This document shows, in pieces, positions 13,499 to 28,328 of a stretch of DNA of 64,000 nucleotides. How positions within the stretch are numbered: the stretch's first letter is position 1; every line of letters starts with the position of its first letter. The notes below the pieces were generated by a model. That model did not search any database and was not told the origin of the DNA. It saw only the letters and a program-made list of their open reading frames with translations. Position numbers and translations under genes: made by a program. The stretch comes from Piromyces finnis finn (taxonomy: Eukaryota > Fungi > Neocallimastigomycota): NCBI GenBank assembly GCA_002104945.1, contig MCFH01000002.1:1240001-1304000 (forward strand), in the 5' to 3' direction.

Positions 13499-15265
13499 TT
13501 TATTCCCTATATTTTATTTTAAAGGATATAAAAAGATTGTTTACTTTATATCATTATATCTTAACTTTATACAACAAAAATAATATGGAAGAAAATGAAT
13601 ATCGAAAACTATGGAATGATATTCGAGCAAAATTTTTTAAAAATAAAGAATTAAAAGATATTAAAGTAATTCAACATAAAAATTATTTGAAATATTAATC
13701 CAAAATATAAGATTTAATAATTTATTTTTAATATTATATAATAAATTTATATGTTTTTATTTTAAAATACAAAAAGATCTGTAATTATATACCATATATT
13801 TTAAACTATTCGCTAAAAAAAGAGAATATCATTAATCTATTTGAAAACAAACATGATCATTTTATTAAATTATTATTAGAATTTATTATGGATTATATGA
13901 ATGAAAATTCAATAAAAATTGAACAGGTATTAAATATCATAATATATGTGTACATCCAAAAAAAAAAAAAAAAAATGTCTAAATATATTAATATACATAA
14001 ATAATTAAATAATATATTTTACTCGACTTTTAGAAATTAAAAATTGTACACATCATTTTAAAATATGGTACAATTATACCCAATACTAATGCAACACATT
14101 CTTTAATTCAAAATAATTCACCTGTACCATTACCTTCACCATATGAATGTTTGAAAAATTATCCAACTATTTTAGCTATACCGTCACAAATATTAAAAAA
14201 ATTTTATCCACTAACATCATTGGTGAATTTTGATTTAAACTATGATAAAGAAAGTCATATTTATTTATATTTTTATTTAATTTCTTTGTATAGTTATCAA
14301 GAAATTGTTGAAACAAAAGAAAATTTTATTTCAACATTGTCAGAACAAGCCGATACAATAAGTTATTTATTAATATTTATTTTTAATGGACTAATTAATG
14401 AGTTAACAACAAGTGAAGTAAGTATTTCAAATCTAGAATCCTATATTTGTTTTTACTTTTTTATTTATTGATTAACAATTCTATTATTTTTTATAAGAAA
14501 CGAATTATATTTGTAAACAATTATGGTTTATCTATTTTATTAAATTATTTAAATAGTTACAATGAATACTATATATTATTATCATCAATAATTTTAGTGG
14601 AACTTTTTAGTGATAATGGTAATGATAATATAAATAACATATATATATATATGAATGTATAAAAAAAAACGTTGTTATGTTTAAAAAATATATATTAAAT
14701 ATAATAAAATAAATGATGAGCTAACTATTATCCTATCATTATTTTTGTATTTTTTAAATAGAATGCCAAAGTCATTTACTTAAAAAATTTAATAATAACA
14801 CATTTTTTGATCTTTGTAACAAGCTATTAAATTACAATAATATTAATATTTCGGAAAATATATGTATAGCACTACAAAAATTATCTTCTTATAGGTAATT
14901 TAGTAAAAAAAAAAAAAAAAGTTATTAAAAATTAATATATATATATATGAATTTCTTAATAATTCTTTTTTTTTTTTTATACAATATATATACTGTATAT
15001 TTTTAATTTATTTATTATTTTAAATCTTATTTTTTTTTTAAGTGATGATAATTCTATTCTATATAAAAATCAAGAATTAATGAAAACATTGAAAAACTTA
15101 TTAAGTTTTAGTCGTTATAATCCAAATTTTATTCATACCGGTGAAAACAATGTTACACTCTCTAAAAATAATCCTCCCAATTTGGATGAAAATCTATCCA
15201 TACAAACAAATTATGAATTTATGGCATTAAATATATTATCAATATTTAAGAAAAGAAAACAATAA
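10900..15265 (+). CDS. Many-exon coiled-coil plus helical-repeat protein, possibly CCDC138-like (centriolar)
   Basis: About 17-18 exons join in frame: poly-Glu tract, long heptad coiled coil (LKEKEKEIKEL), C-terminal helical region NNTFFDLCNKLL...ISENICIALQKLS...EFMALNILS that resembles my recollection of the CCDC138 C-terminus. Family call is tentative. Confidence 0.6.
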
Positions 15266-15707
15266 AATTAGATTCATATTTTAATTATTTTTGTTAATGC
15301 ATTTTATATATCAAGATAGAATTCAAATCATATATATATGGATATTTATAAATATTATAAGTATAAATATATAAAAAATATTAGAGAAATCCATTATTAT
15401 TAAGTACAAAAAAGAAAAGAAAAAATATTATAACAGTAAAATAAAGTAAAAAAAAAAAAAAAAAAATTAGAATCGATATTATTTTTATTTTATTAATAAT
15501 TTTAATTTTATTTATATTTACTTAAATATTCATTTAGAATTATTATTATTTTTTTAATTGAATTTTCAACTTGTTTATATGTTGACACTTTTATAAATTT
15601 GATAGTTATTTTACACATTATACATAAAATAGTTTTAAAGTTTAATTTATCTGTTATTTTTTATATAATTAATTATAATAATATTTTGTTACAATCATAG
15701 ATATTAT

Positions 15708-17403
15708 TTAATAAAAGTTTTTCCATTTTTGAATGTATGGACGAATTTTTATAAAGTAGAATAGTAATCCAGATAATGCTTTTTATTATCAATTTTTTGA
15801 GAATGTTGAAAATTTAATTAGTATTTATACAAATTTATAAATTAATAATAAGTTTAGTATATTATATCTTTTGCTTTTGTTTTAGTTTTTGATGAAAAAA
15901 GATATATAATTTTTTTTTTCTTGAATACTTACCACCACCAACGTGACCTGCTGTATCAATTCTTCCATTTGTCATGGTTGCTGTACGATAGATATCAGAA
16001 ATTGTATATAAACTCATACCTAACCATGCTGGTAATGGGAAAAACATACCATATTGAATGATACTGTGAGGATAAAGGCATGCAAATAAAACATTTATAC
16101 CCATAATAGAACCAGACGCACCTAAACTTGAAATGCCATCATAAATTGATTTTTGGCGTTGTGGAAGAAAGAAATCAACAATTGTATCTTCCAGTGTATT
16201 ATTTTTATTCATTTTTGGCATAATAAAATGATTAAAGGAGATATGCGATAATGAAGAACATATACCCGAGAATAAATACAAGTATAAAAAGTTTTCTGCA
16301 CCAAGAGCACCAATAACCTATTAATGTTGATATTACAAATACACATTATTATATCAGTTTACAAAAAAAAAAAAAAAAAAAAAACTTTAATATAAATTAA
16401 TTTTAATTTTAATTCTTTTTTTTTCATGTAAGTTATCAATTATAAACCAATATTGTTTTTATTATTATTTATATATATGGATATTAATATGAAACTAATA
16501 TCTTACAGGAGTAGCAAAGGAATTAAAAACCAACATATTCATTATGAAATGTATTTTTTCTTGATGAGAGAAAGATGAGGTTACCAAGGTCCACCAATGT
16601 TTTTTTTTTACAACTTTTTCCCAAGAGACACAAAAGTTGTCTTCCATAAATCGATAGTATTTATAATTATTATAGGTTTGAGCTTGTTCTATTGCATATT
16701 GCCAAGCAGCAAACACCAAAAGGTTTAAAGCAAGAAGAGTATAAAAAACATTTTGATTATTCAATTTAAATTTATTATTTTTTCCTTTTTTGTGGCTATT
16801 TCTAGTGGAATGTCTTTTAGAATTGTGAAAATCATTGTAATTATAGTAATGATTTCGATTTTGTTTACTATTTCTATTATAAATAAAAAATCCATGGAAT
16901 AAATTACTTAATTGTTGAAGAGTTAAATCTTCTTCTCCAAGAAGAATAAATCCATTTTTTGAGTTACCACTCCATTTTGAATGTGTTCCGATAACCTTTT
17001 TTGTCGCATCATCGAAAGATATTTTCCTAGTTAAATTCCGTATTACAGTATTTATAGTTGGTTTAATATTTTTTGCTAATTTACTAAAAGCATTGCTGGT
17101 ATTATTTTGTGAGTTTGAATCATTTAAAAAAAAATTATTACTAGATATTGAATAAGAATTAAAGTAATTACCAATATTAATATTTTTTGTTTTATAATAA
17201 TCATTAGAAAAAGTATTAATTTTTGAATCAATATCGATACGAGATATACAAGTTGATATTGTATTGAAATTTCTATTACATTTTATTTTTGTTTTTTTCA
17301 ATTCAATTAATTTATTAATATTTTTCAAATTCTTTGATATTAGAGTATTATTATTACTACCATAAATGGAAGTATTCGTTATTATGCTAGTAAGCAACAC
17401 CAT
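15708..17403 (-). CDS. PCP1: Rhomboid intramembrane serine protease, PARL/Pcp1 type, with long N-terminal extension; 3 exons
   Basis: WWTLVTSSFSH, HFIMNM, LGASG (catalytic Ser), GHVGG (catalytic His). Introns after ATP (about 16500) and after HVGG. Last exon ALSGLLFYFIKIRPYIQKWKNFY, stop at 15708-15710. N-terminus rich in N/K/S/I, like an organellar presequence. Confidence 0.88.
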
Positions 17404-17774
17404 TTTGTTAACTTTTTTGAATAACTAAACCGTCTATTTTTATTATTTTTTAATTCAAAAAAAAGTTTTTTTTCATTTTAAATACCATTTTGAATTTTTT
17501 AGTTCAAAAATCATAAAAAAATTTTTTAATAAATTTTAATTAAAATAGATAAACTCTAAGTGCTAAAATAACCATTTTTACGATTTTCAAACCTTGCCTA
17601 AAATTTAGAATAGAATTTTTGATTAAATTTTATTTATTATTAAAATAGAGTAGATGGCACAAAAATTTTATATAATAACGACTATTAATGAAATTCTTTT
17701 TCTTTAATTTTCATTAAATATTTATTCATATATACTCTATGCTTTATATACTTTTTTATTTTTTCTTATTTTAC

Positions 17775-17883
<109 letters not shown>

Positions 17884-20800
17884 TCATTTAATTTCTATAA
17901 ATAATAAAAAAAAATCATTTATGAAATAAAGCAATTAATTGAAAACACAAAACAGTAAACATTTTTTTTATTCACCTATAATCTATAAATTAAAAGATGA
18001 TATATAAAATTGAAGGATTAAAGCGTTAGATAAAGAAAAGCATTACAATATTATAATAACATAATACTTGAATTTTTCTTTTATTATTATTTCTAAATTA
18101 AAATAATATAAAGTATTTATTATTTAATTAATAAACAAATATTTAGTATTACTTTTCAAAATCAAAATAAATAAAACTAATAATAGTATAAAAAGAAAAA
18201 AAAAACAACTTAAGAGATAATATGATTAATTATGATAATAGAATAAATGGAATGTACATATGTACATATAAATACAAATAAAAGTATAGTATGTATTAGG
18301 AATTAATGTAGATTTTTTTTTTTATATAATAATCATTACATATTACATAATATGACTAAGTAAAACAATTAATATATTATATTGAATATAGGTGAATAAT
18401 ATAAATACAATATCTTTGTTTGCTCCTATTTATGGTAACTATTTATTTCATGATAAACATAATGAAAAAAATAGGATTATGATAAAATCTTAACCAATTA
18501 AATTAGAGTATAGTTAATTTATTAATTTAAATGAATAAATTAATGTATTCTCCATCAAAAAAGATTATCCGGCTAAAATAAATTTTAATTTTAATAAAAA
18601 TAGAATTTACTAATTTTCCAAAAAAAATGTGGAATAAAAAAAATAATTATCAAAAAAGCCTTTACTTTATTATTATTATTATTATTATTGTTATTATTAT
18701 TATTATAAAGTTAAAACACAAGAATAATTTATTAATAAATTTCTATGCTAATATTTGAAATTTATAGAAAATTTTCGTTTTTTTTATATTTAATATATTG
18801 AAATTAAAATTTTTAAAAAATTATTTATAATAAATTTACTTAAGAAAAATGGCTATTTTACTATATTTATAAAACTTATTTTTATATTAATTTACATTTT
18901 ACATTTTACTATATTTCATATCATTTCTATAACAATTAAAAAACTTTGAAATTAAGACTCTTATATTTTAAAAAATAATTAATTGATATATAAAAAAAAC
19001 TTCTTTAAACTATAAATTCTTAAATTTAATACGCTTTATAATTGAATTTACAAATATTTAATGCAAAATTTTAATAATTTCATAATTTACAATTTCAAAC
19101 TAATATGATAAATAATTTAAATTCTGTATTCATAAACAAAATAACAATCAATTATTTTCATTTTTTCCTTAATAGATATAATTTAATAAAAAAAATTAGA
19201 CTATTTATTATAAATGTAGTATAATTTATTCAAGTTTTTATTATCACAAAATATAAATAGTTTATATATGAAATTTTAATATTTTATTTATAGATATAAA
19301 AATATAAACAAAAGAAATAAAATTAAATTTATTATCCCATGAGTTTTTAAATAAAAGTGAAATGAAAAAAGTAACCCATTTATATCAAATCTAATAATAT
19401 ATATTACAATAATGGAAATAATCTATTCAAAAATAGATTTAGATAATGTAAATTTTGGTATTTTTGATAATTACTAAATAAGAAATATAATATTAATAAA
19501 AAAAAAACTTGTTAAATATATTAAATTTTAATTTTTAATTTTATTGAATATTATTTAATAACCAATTATTCAACTATTTATTGTTAAGTTTTTCAAATTT
19601 TATTTTTAATATTTTTTTAATTATTAAGTGGTATTAATTGTCCTTGAATTTTCCTTTAAAAATAACTTTTTTACATTTAAAATTTAATAAATGGAAAATA
19701 TAAGGAAAAAAAATTATAATTTTTTTTTATTAATATGAATATGCTAACTTGTGGTTATACTGAAATAATAAAGTTTTTTCGAATTATTAGATAATTTATA
19801 TAATGACGAGGAAACATTTGAAAATATTTTAATATTTTTATATATTTAAATAATGGTATTTATTATTTATTATCATTATCATAATTGTTATCAAATGCTA
19901 TTATTATTTTAATCTGTAATATGGAAAATTTAAATTATGGAAAATATTTTTGAATTTTAATTTTATTATCTATGATTAATGTTGATTTACTTATTTTAAA
20001 CTTTATGTATTATTTTGATAGAATAGAGCATAAAAAGAAAAAAAGTTTCATTGCTTTTATTTTTATATAATTTCAATTTTCTCCTTGTTATATAATTTTT
20101 TATTTTTTTTTATTTTCCTTATTATATTATTAATTAATATTTTTTTAAAGTAAATAAAATGGTGATTTATAAATTTTTTATTATATTTATATTTCTTTTT
20201 ATTATTATAATATCAACAAGGTTTAATCTACTATTTTTTCCTATATTTTCTAGAGTGTAATATAATAGATGAGTGTTATATATTTATTTTTTCTTTTCAT
20301 TGAAAGTGACAACCAAATATATTTTGTAAATTCCCTGTTAAATAAACAGGGAATATTTTATTAAATAAGGTTTTTTAATTCATTATCATAAAAATTAATT
20401 AAAAGTAACAAAATAATTCTATATATTAATATAATGGGAAACCATTAAATTGTGTATATTATAGTATATTCTAATATACCTAATCAATAAATAATAGCTA
20501 ATCCAAAGTAATAAATATGAAATAGTAATATTGAATAATTATAATACTAATATTATTGAGTAATAATAATAAGTCAACCACTAATTTCATTTTATCTTTT
20601 TTTTTTTTTTTTTTCAATTTATATAGCTTGTTATAACAAGTAATTAATAATATATTATAAAATAATGAGATTAATAAAGCTTAAATGAAATATTTTTACC
20701 AACGATAAGTTACTTAAAGGAGCTTAGAAATTGTTTTTTTTTTTTTTTGATGGTATATTTATTTTATTAAGATTTTTAAAGTAATAAATGAATTAGAGTT

Positions 20801-23159
20801 CATTTGAATCAAAAAAAAATTTTTTTTCCATATATATATGAAATTCTATATTAATTGCAAGTGTTAAGCTTATTTGAAACATTTTAAAAGTTAAAAAAAA
20901 AAAACTATTAATAAATATTCATGACGTGATAAAGTTTTTCTTTTTTCACTCTCTAATAATTAAATTTGCTTTTTTTTCTTTCTTTAATAACTCTAAATTG
21001 TTTCCTTTTATATTTGTATTATATGTACATATTTAATATAAATATAGATTAAAAATGCAATAATATCATTTATATGTATTTATTTTCCAAATTTTTATGA
21101 AAATGATTTATAGTATTTCTCTTGACGATCAATTACAATAAATACAAATTTAATATATAAATAATTAAAAAATATATTAAATTAATATATCGTAATATTA
21201 AATAATACTAAAAGTTAAATAAATATTAATATTGATAATACTAATAAAATAATAACATTATATCCTTTTTTATTATGAATTATTATTGTAACTAATTTGT
21301 TTTGTAATTCTAAGTGTATATATATAACAAATATAACAAATGATCTCTATAATTTTTGTTAATCTATAAATAACATTATTATATAAAATTTATTATTCAT
21401 CAATTTTTTTAATTATATCCATTTATATTAAAATCATTACTTTTTTTATATTTAGGAAAATAAATTGGAATTAAATAAATATTAATATTAATAATAAATA
21501 TACAATATATTATTAAATAATGTTTTAATTATAAATTTAATTATAATATATAGAATATTTATAAAAAAATAATATAATAAAATTATTTATTACAGTATAT
21601 TATAATATATTATAGTAATTTTATATAATTTCATATATTATTTTACATTTTATATATATAACAACTAATACTAATTGAATTAAAATTAAATTGATTATTG
21701 AATATCAAACTGAAATAATATAATAGAAAGATAATTAATTATAATATTAATAATAATAAAAAAAAATTAATATTATCATTTTACTAAAACACCACAATTT
21801 ATAAAATAATAGTTAAAACTGTTGAAAATAATAATTTATAATGAATAAACATTAATTATAGAATAGAATAAACAATTAGAATATTTAATCTATACCTTAT
21901 TCATTAGTTCATTATACTATTTATTATAATTAAAATTAGTTTTAATGGAATAAATTGTAGTTTTTTAATTTAATCCTATTTATAATTATTTTTATATTTA
22001 TTTAGTAGATGGTGATTTTAATGGGTAATTTACCTATTAATAAATTTTATATATTAAAAAATAAAGAAAAAAATTCACCATCTAAATATAAATTCTAATT
22101 ATTAGTAAAATATCCATCATTTCATATTTTATTATAAAAAAAATTAAAAAAAAAATAAAAAAATAATAAATAAAAAAAAACTACCGTAAATAATAATAAT
22201 AATAATAAAATTGATAATAATAATTTAAATTAATGATATATTAAAATAAGTTAATTCATATAAATATACAAAGAAAGTATCTTTTAAACTATTTTTATAT
22301 AATTTTTTTTTTTTACTAATAATAAAATCAGTGATATTGTTGAAGTGTTATATAAATATACAATTATTTTTTTGTAATTTAAGAAATTAATAAAAGTAAA
22401 GTGAAAACGTTCAACAATATAGTAATTAAAAAAAAAAAAACAATAGAAAATAATTTCACCTATTTAATTTTATATTAACAAAATTTTATTTGAAAAAGAC
22501 GAATTTAAAATATATATCCACATATACATAAATATTTAAAAAAGAATTATATCCTTTGTAAATAAATAAATAAAAAATAAATATTAAAATTAAAATAATA
22601 AAAGAAGAAGATAAAAAGGTTGAATATTTTTTTAATTATAAAATAATAAATATATTGATATTTATTTATTTCAAATATAACAATATAGTAATGTTAAATA
22701 TATAAAATCAAACTTTCATAAAGCATATAGAATTATAAAGGTAAAAAAAAAAAGGAATAACTTTTTAATATGATAATTTTATGACCTGTCATAAATTTAT
22801 TGATATATATATTTTCACAATTCTATAACTATATTAGTATATAATTAAAGTAATTTTTTATATTTAAAATAAAAAAATTTTTAAGTTTAATTAATAATAT
22901 TATTTACTATATAAAAATAGTATTATTAATAATATTATAGAAATACTGCTTTTGAATAGAAACAAATACTAATGTTTTTTATATAATATATTTATATTTA
23001 TTCTTTTTTCATTTAAATAAATTATATATATAAAGGATATTGTTTGTATAATAATAGTAAACCCTTCAACTGGTATATTTTTTTTTTTCTATATATTTAA
23101 ACATTTATAATTTGTGAAATTTATAAATTTTAATAAGAATATAAAAACTAAATAGATAA

Positions 23160-25058
23160 ATGGTTGATACACAAACAAGTCAGGAAAATAGTCAAGAAAG
23201 TGGTAGTATGAGCTATAGTATAAGTTTATTTTCTTCATCTATTAAAGATAATGAAATGAGTAGCATTACTGAAAAATCAAATTCCATGGAAACAGATAAT
23301 AGTAAAACAGAACTAGACAAAAATTCATCGACCAGTGGTATAGAACGTTTAACACATAATAGAGAATCTTCTACATTATCATCTGTATCAATAAATAGTT
23401 CTCTTACAGGCGGAAATGATCGTACGGGTGATGAAAATGAAAGTGAAGAGGTATGTATTAGAAAAAATTTGAAAAAATAATGAAATAGTATTTTTTAACT
23501 TTTATAAAAATAAATAATAAAGTAAATGATATTATGAATTTTATACACCAGATAATATAATATATAATGCAAATAATAATAATAAAATAGAATAAAAATT
23601 AGAATAATGAGATTATAAAATTGAACAAGGAAATAATAATAAAATTAATATAATTATATTTTTATGCTAATATAGTCATTAGAGGCTGAAATTGATAAAT
23701 CCAATACAAAGGTAAAGAAAGAACCAAAAACAGAAACTTCCACAAAGAATCAAAAATTATCTGGAAAGACAGAAAATAATAATCAAGATTCACTAAAACC
23801 AAAAAGAAAAACACATGTTACAAGAGCATGCTCTAATTGTAAAAAGGCACATTTAGCATGTGATGTATCAAGACCGTGTAAACATTGTGTTACCTTTGGT
23901 AGAGCTGATACTTGTGTTGATGCCATAGCAAAGAAAAGAGGTAGACCAAAGTTAAAGAATAGAGGTATGCCATCAACAACAACTACTTCAGCTAATACAA
24001 TGCCTATGGGAAATCAAATGCCAAATATTATGCCAAATGGAATGAATAATAACAATAACATGATGAATGGTATGAATAATGGCATGAACAATATGAATAA
24101 TGGCATGAATAATATGAATAATGACATGAATAATATGAATAATGGAATGAATAATATGAATAATGGCATGAATAATATGAATAATGGAATGAATAATATG
24201 AATAATGGAATGAATAATATGAATAATGGCATGAATAATATGAATAATAATGGAATGAATAATATGAATAATAATGGAATGAATAATATGAGTAATAATG
24301 GAATGAATAATATGAATAATAATGGAATGAATAATATGAGTAATAATGGAATGAATAATATGAATAATAATGGAATGAATAATATGAATAATAACGGTAT
24401 GAATAATATGAATAATGGAATGAATAATAATATGAACAACATGAATAATATGAATAATGGAATGAATAGTAATATGAACGGTATGAATAATATGAATAAC
24501 GGCGGAATGAACAATATGAATAACAATGGAATGAATAATAATATGAATGGTATGAACAATAATTATCAACAACAACAAATGATGAATAATAATAATAATA
24601 TGAATGGTATTCCTAACAATAACAATAATAACATGAATAATATAAATAATGTAAATAATATGAATAATATGAATAATAATAATATGTATAATCAAAATAA
24701 TAATAATAACATGAATTTCAATCAACAAATGCAATATAATAATCAAAATCAAAATAATATGATGGGAAATAATAATAATAATAATAATAATAGCAACAAC
24801 AACAATAATTTTAATAATATGTCATATTCTGGAATGAATAATAATAATAATAATAATAATAATATTAATAATATGCCACAACATCAGCATTCCCAATCTA
24901 GTTCTTCCCTTATAACTAATAACTCAAATACCTCACCAAGATCAATGGCAATGAATTCTAACAATAGATATAATTTAATGCCATTTAACATCAATGGAAC
25001 AAATAATAATAATAGTAATAACAATAATAACAACAATAATAATAACAATAATAATAAC

Positions 25059-25107
<49 letters not shown>

Positions 25108-26551
25108 TGCAAATGGGTGATATATCACCTATTGGTTCACCATTAAATGTATTTAACTTCAATGGAACAAAATCATCTAATAAGCCAATTATATCCAAAG
25201 ATAGTTGTGTTGTTTTTCATTTAACTTTGGACGGTACTTGCTTAAGAATATCAAATGATTCTCAAATATTACTTGGTTATGATCCATTGGAATTATTAAA
25301 TCAACCATTCCATAAATACGTTCATAATGATGATCTATTAAAATTACGTCAATTCATAACTCGTATGGCTTCACAATATCCAAAATTATTACCTGCTGAA
25401 AAGGTTCGTGTTCAACATAAGAATGGTTCCTACAGCATATATATTCTATCTATGTATATTAGTGGGGATATTCCAAAAAATACGGTGATTGATTGGGGTA
25501 CCAATGAAATTAGAGAAAGAGCTTATCTTGTCTGTACCATTTCTCCATATAGTAGTGTTATATTAACGGAGGAACAGCAAATGGAAGCCCAAAATCTTCA
25601 TAAACAAGCACAACAACAAGCTCAATTAGAAGCATATCAAAACTCTAATTTCAACAACAACAACAACATGAATCAAAATCAACCTTTCTTCCAACAATTT
25701 AATAATAATAATAATAATGGTAAAAATATACCATTCGATTTTGGTAATAATATAAATAATAACAATAATAATAATCAAGATGTCTTTAACTTTAGAAGTC
25801 AATCTTATAAAATAAATAGTAACTTTAGAAGATCCTCTGTTAATAATAATAATGGTGTTCCATTCCATCAAAGATCACAATCTACACCACTCTATCCAAT
25901 GCATCATCCCTATGCCAGACAAGATAAGCCTAATAACAATAATAAAATGCAAAATAACAACAATTCATCTCTGTTTAATAATAATGGTAATAATAATAAC
26001 TATAGACAACCACCAATGCATGGTCATTCTAGATCATCCCTCCCACAATTTAATAATAATAACATGAACTTCCAAAATATGTATCCAAATTCCATGAATA
26101 ATCATAATAATAATAATGATAGTAATAACAACAACAATAGTAATGATAATAATAACAATAATAACAACAACAACAATAATAATAATAGTAATAATAACCG
26201 AAACATGATATCAAATAACAGACCAAGAGGTGCATTTATGTCTGATTGGAAATTCCCATTACAAGGAACCAACAACAACAACAACAACAACAATAATAAT
26301 AATAATAATAACAACAACAATAACAATACCAATAATACCAATAACAATAATAATGACAACACTAGTAATAATAATGATAACAATAATAATAATGACAAAG
26401 AAAATAATACTGATTCCAATCCAAATAATGATAATAAGAAGAACAATGAAGAAGAAATGGATACCTCCAATTCTACAACCAATAATAAAATACCCAATAA
26501 TAAATCAAATAATAACAATTCACCTTCAAAGAATACAGAGTCATCCTCCAA

Positions 26552-26593
<42 letters not shown>

Positions 26594-26879
26594 CATGGAT
26601 TGGTCTAATGAAGTCGACAAAAATAATCAAGATGCCAAGGATAGTGATAAGGATAATAGAAAAGAAGAAGATCAAAAGAATATAAATAAGTTTAATGGAA
26701 GATCAGCGCATCATAATTCAAAATCCCAAAATATTAGTGTGGGTACAATTCAACGGTTTAAAAATATAAATATTAATAGTGAAGACAATAATAAGAGTGA
26801 TATTGTACCAACAATAGAAGAACTATCACCGAATTCACAAAATCAAGGACAATTTTCTGTAGAATCTTTATTAAGTTAA
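23160..26879 (+). CDS. Zn(II)2Cys6 transcription factor with PAS domain (Ert1/Rds2/AcuK-like architecture) and very long Asn/Met low-complexity regions; 2 exons
   Basis: Exon 1 23160-23450, exon 2 from about 23676. RACSNCKKAHLACDVSRPCKHCVTFGRADTCVDAIAKKRGRPK (six Cys). PAS-like LTLDGTCLRIS...LLGYDPLELLNQPFHKYVHNDDL...RVQHKNGSY. Confidence 0.88.
24060..24560 (+). repeat. Coding minisatellite of 21/24-bp units (GMNNMNN / GMNNMNNN)
   Basis: atgaataatatgaataat(aat)gga/ggc reiterated through the interval. Confidence 0.9.
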
Positions 26880-27530
26880 AAAAAAAAAAAATTGAATTTA
26901 AAAAACTATACTAGCTTAAAAAAAAAAAAGAAAAATTATAAATATAATTATATTCTTTTTTTTTTTTTAATTAATAATAAAATTAATATTAAAATAATAC
27001 ATTTGTTAGATTGTTTCAAGAAAGAAAGAAAAAAAAAGTATATATATTTTTTGTTTTATATATAAATATAAATAATATAAATAATATAAATAAATAAATA
27101 AATAAATAATTGTAATATGTAATATCTATATAAATACTATATCTTTATATGTTTTTTAAATCGTTTGGTAAATTTTTTTAGAAAAAAAAAAAAAAAAAAA
27201 AATTCAACTTAAAATTTATTATTATAAATTTTAAATCTTTTTTTTTATCCTATTTGTTATTAAACTTTTTATTAAAAAAAAAAAAAAAAAGAAAGAAATT
27301 AAAAGAAGAGATTATATATATATATAATAAATAAATAAATAAAATTAAAATATTACTTTTTATCGAAAATATGTTATATGTTAAATGTTTATTTTTTTTT
27401 TTTTTTAATTCATTTAAAGGTGAATTACAAAGTAATGGGGTATTTTTACTTTTTTTTTTTTTTAAAAAAAAAGATTGATTATTAATATTGCTAATATATT
27501 AATAGTTTATAGTTTACTATGGACCATGAT

Positions 27531-28292
27531 TCAATTTATCCAATTTAATACGGTGGAAAGAAGTTTTTCTTGTTCTTCCTTACTACGATAACCATGAGAA
27601 ACACCTGGTAAAATTTGAAGGGTATGAATGGCTTGACCTTCTTTATTCTTGATTTCACTCAAGGTTTTGTCATGTAAATAACCATTTTCTACAGGAACAA
27701 TTGTATCAGCATCTCCGTGAATGGTTAAAATACGAGTATTTTCTGGATTAATTTGTTTAATAACATTCATATCAATTGCATATCTACGTTCAATATCAAT
27801 TTGTCTAACAACATATTCTCTAAGTGCTTCTCCATCATTATCTAATAAATCCTTTTTAAATTTAAAGAAATAAAAAAGTTGTAAATTTCAATTGAATTAA
27901 ATATTACTTTATATTATCAATAAAATTTAAATTCATTTTTTAAAATGTATTTTTTTTTTTTTTTTTTAAAAAAAAAACAAAAAAAAAACAAGCAAATAAA
28001 CTTATTGTTGAATTAAGAATAAAACATGAATATTAAAGATTAAAAAAAAAAAAAATATTTATAGACTTACATTATTATTTTTAATTTCTTCAGAAATAAT
28101 ACCATCTGGAGTTTGGATTTTCTTTCCGTGTTTACCATAAAGCATCCATATAAATTCACCATTTTCTTTTAATAATTTGTTTTGAGCTGGTGTAAAACGA
28201 TTGGATGGCATTGTGGATAAATCAAAACGTCCACTAACATTAATAACTTGTGGAATATTATATTTAACAGCATATAATAAAACAACACTGCC

Positions 28293-28328
<36 letters not shown>

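Noticed and set aside
23988-26685. Long antisense and off-frame ORFs (poly-Ile/His, poly-Leu, poly-Tyr/Cys) within the Zn2Cys6 gene
   Set aside because: Artefacts of (AAT)n/(AAC)n coding repeats.
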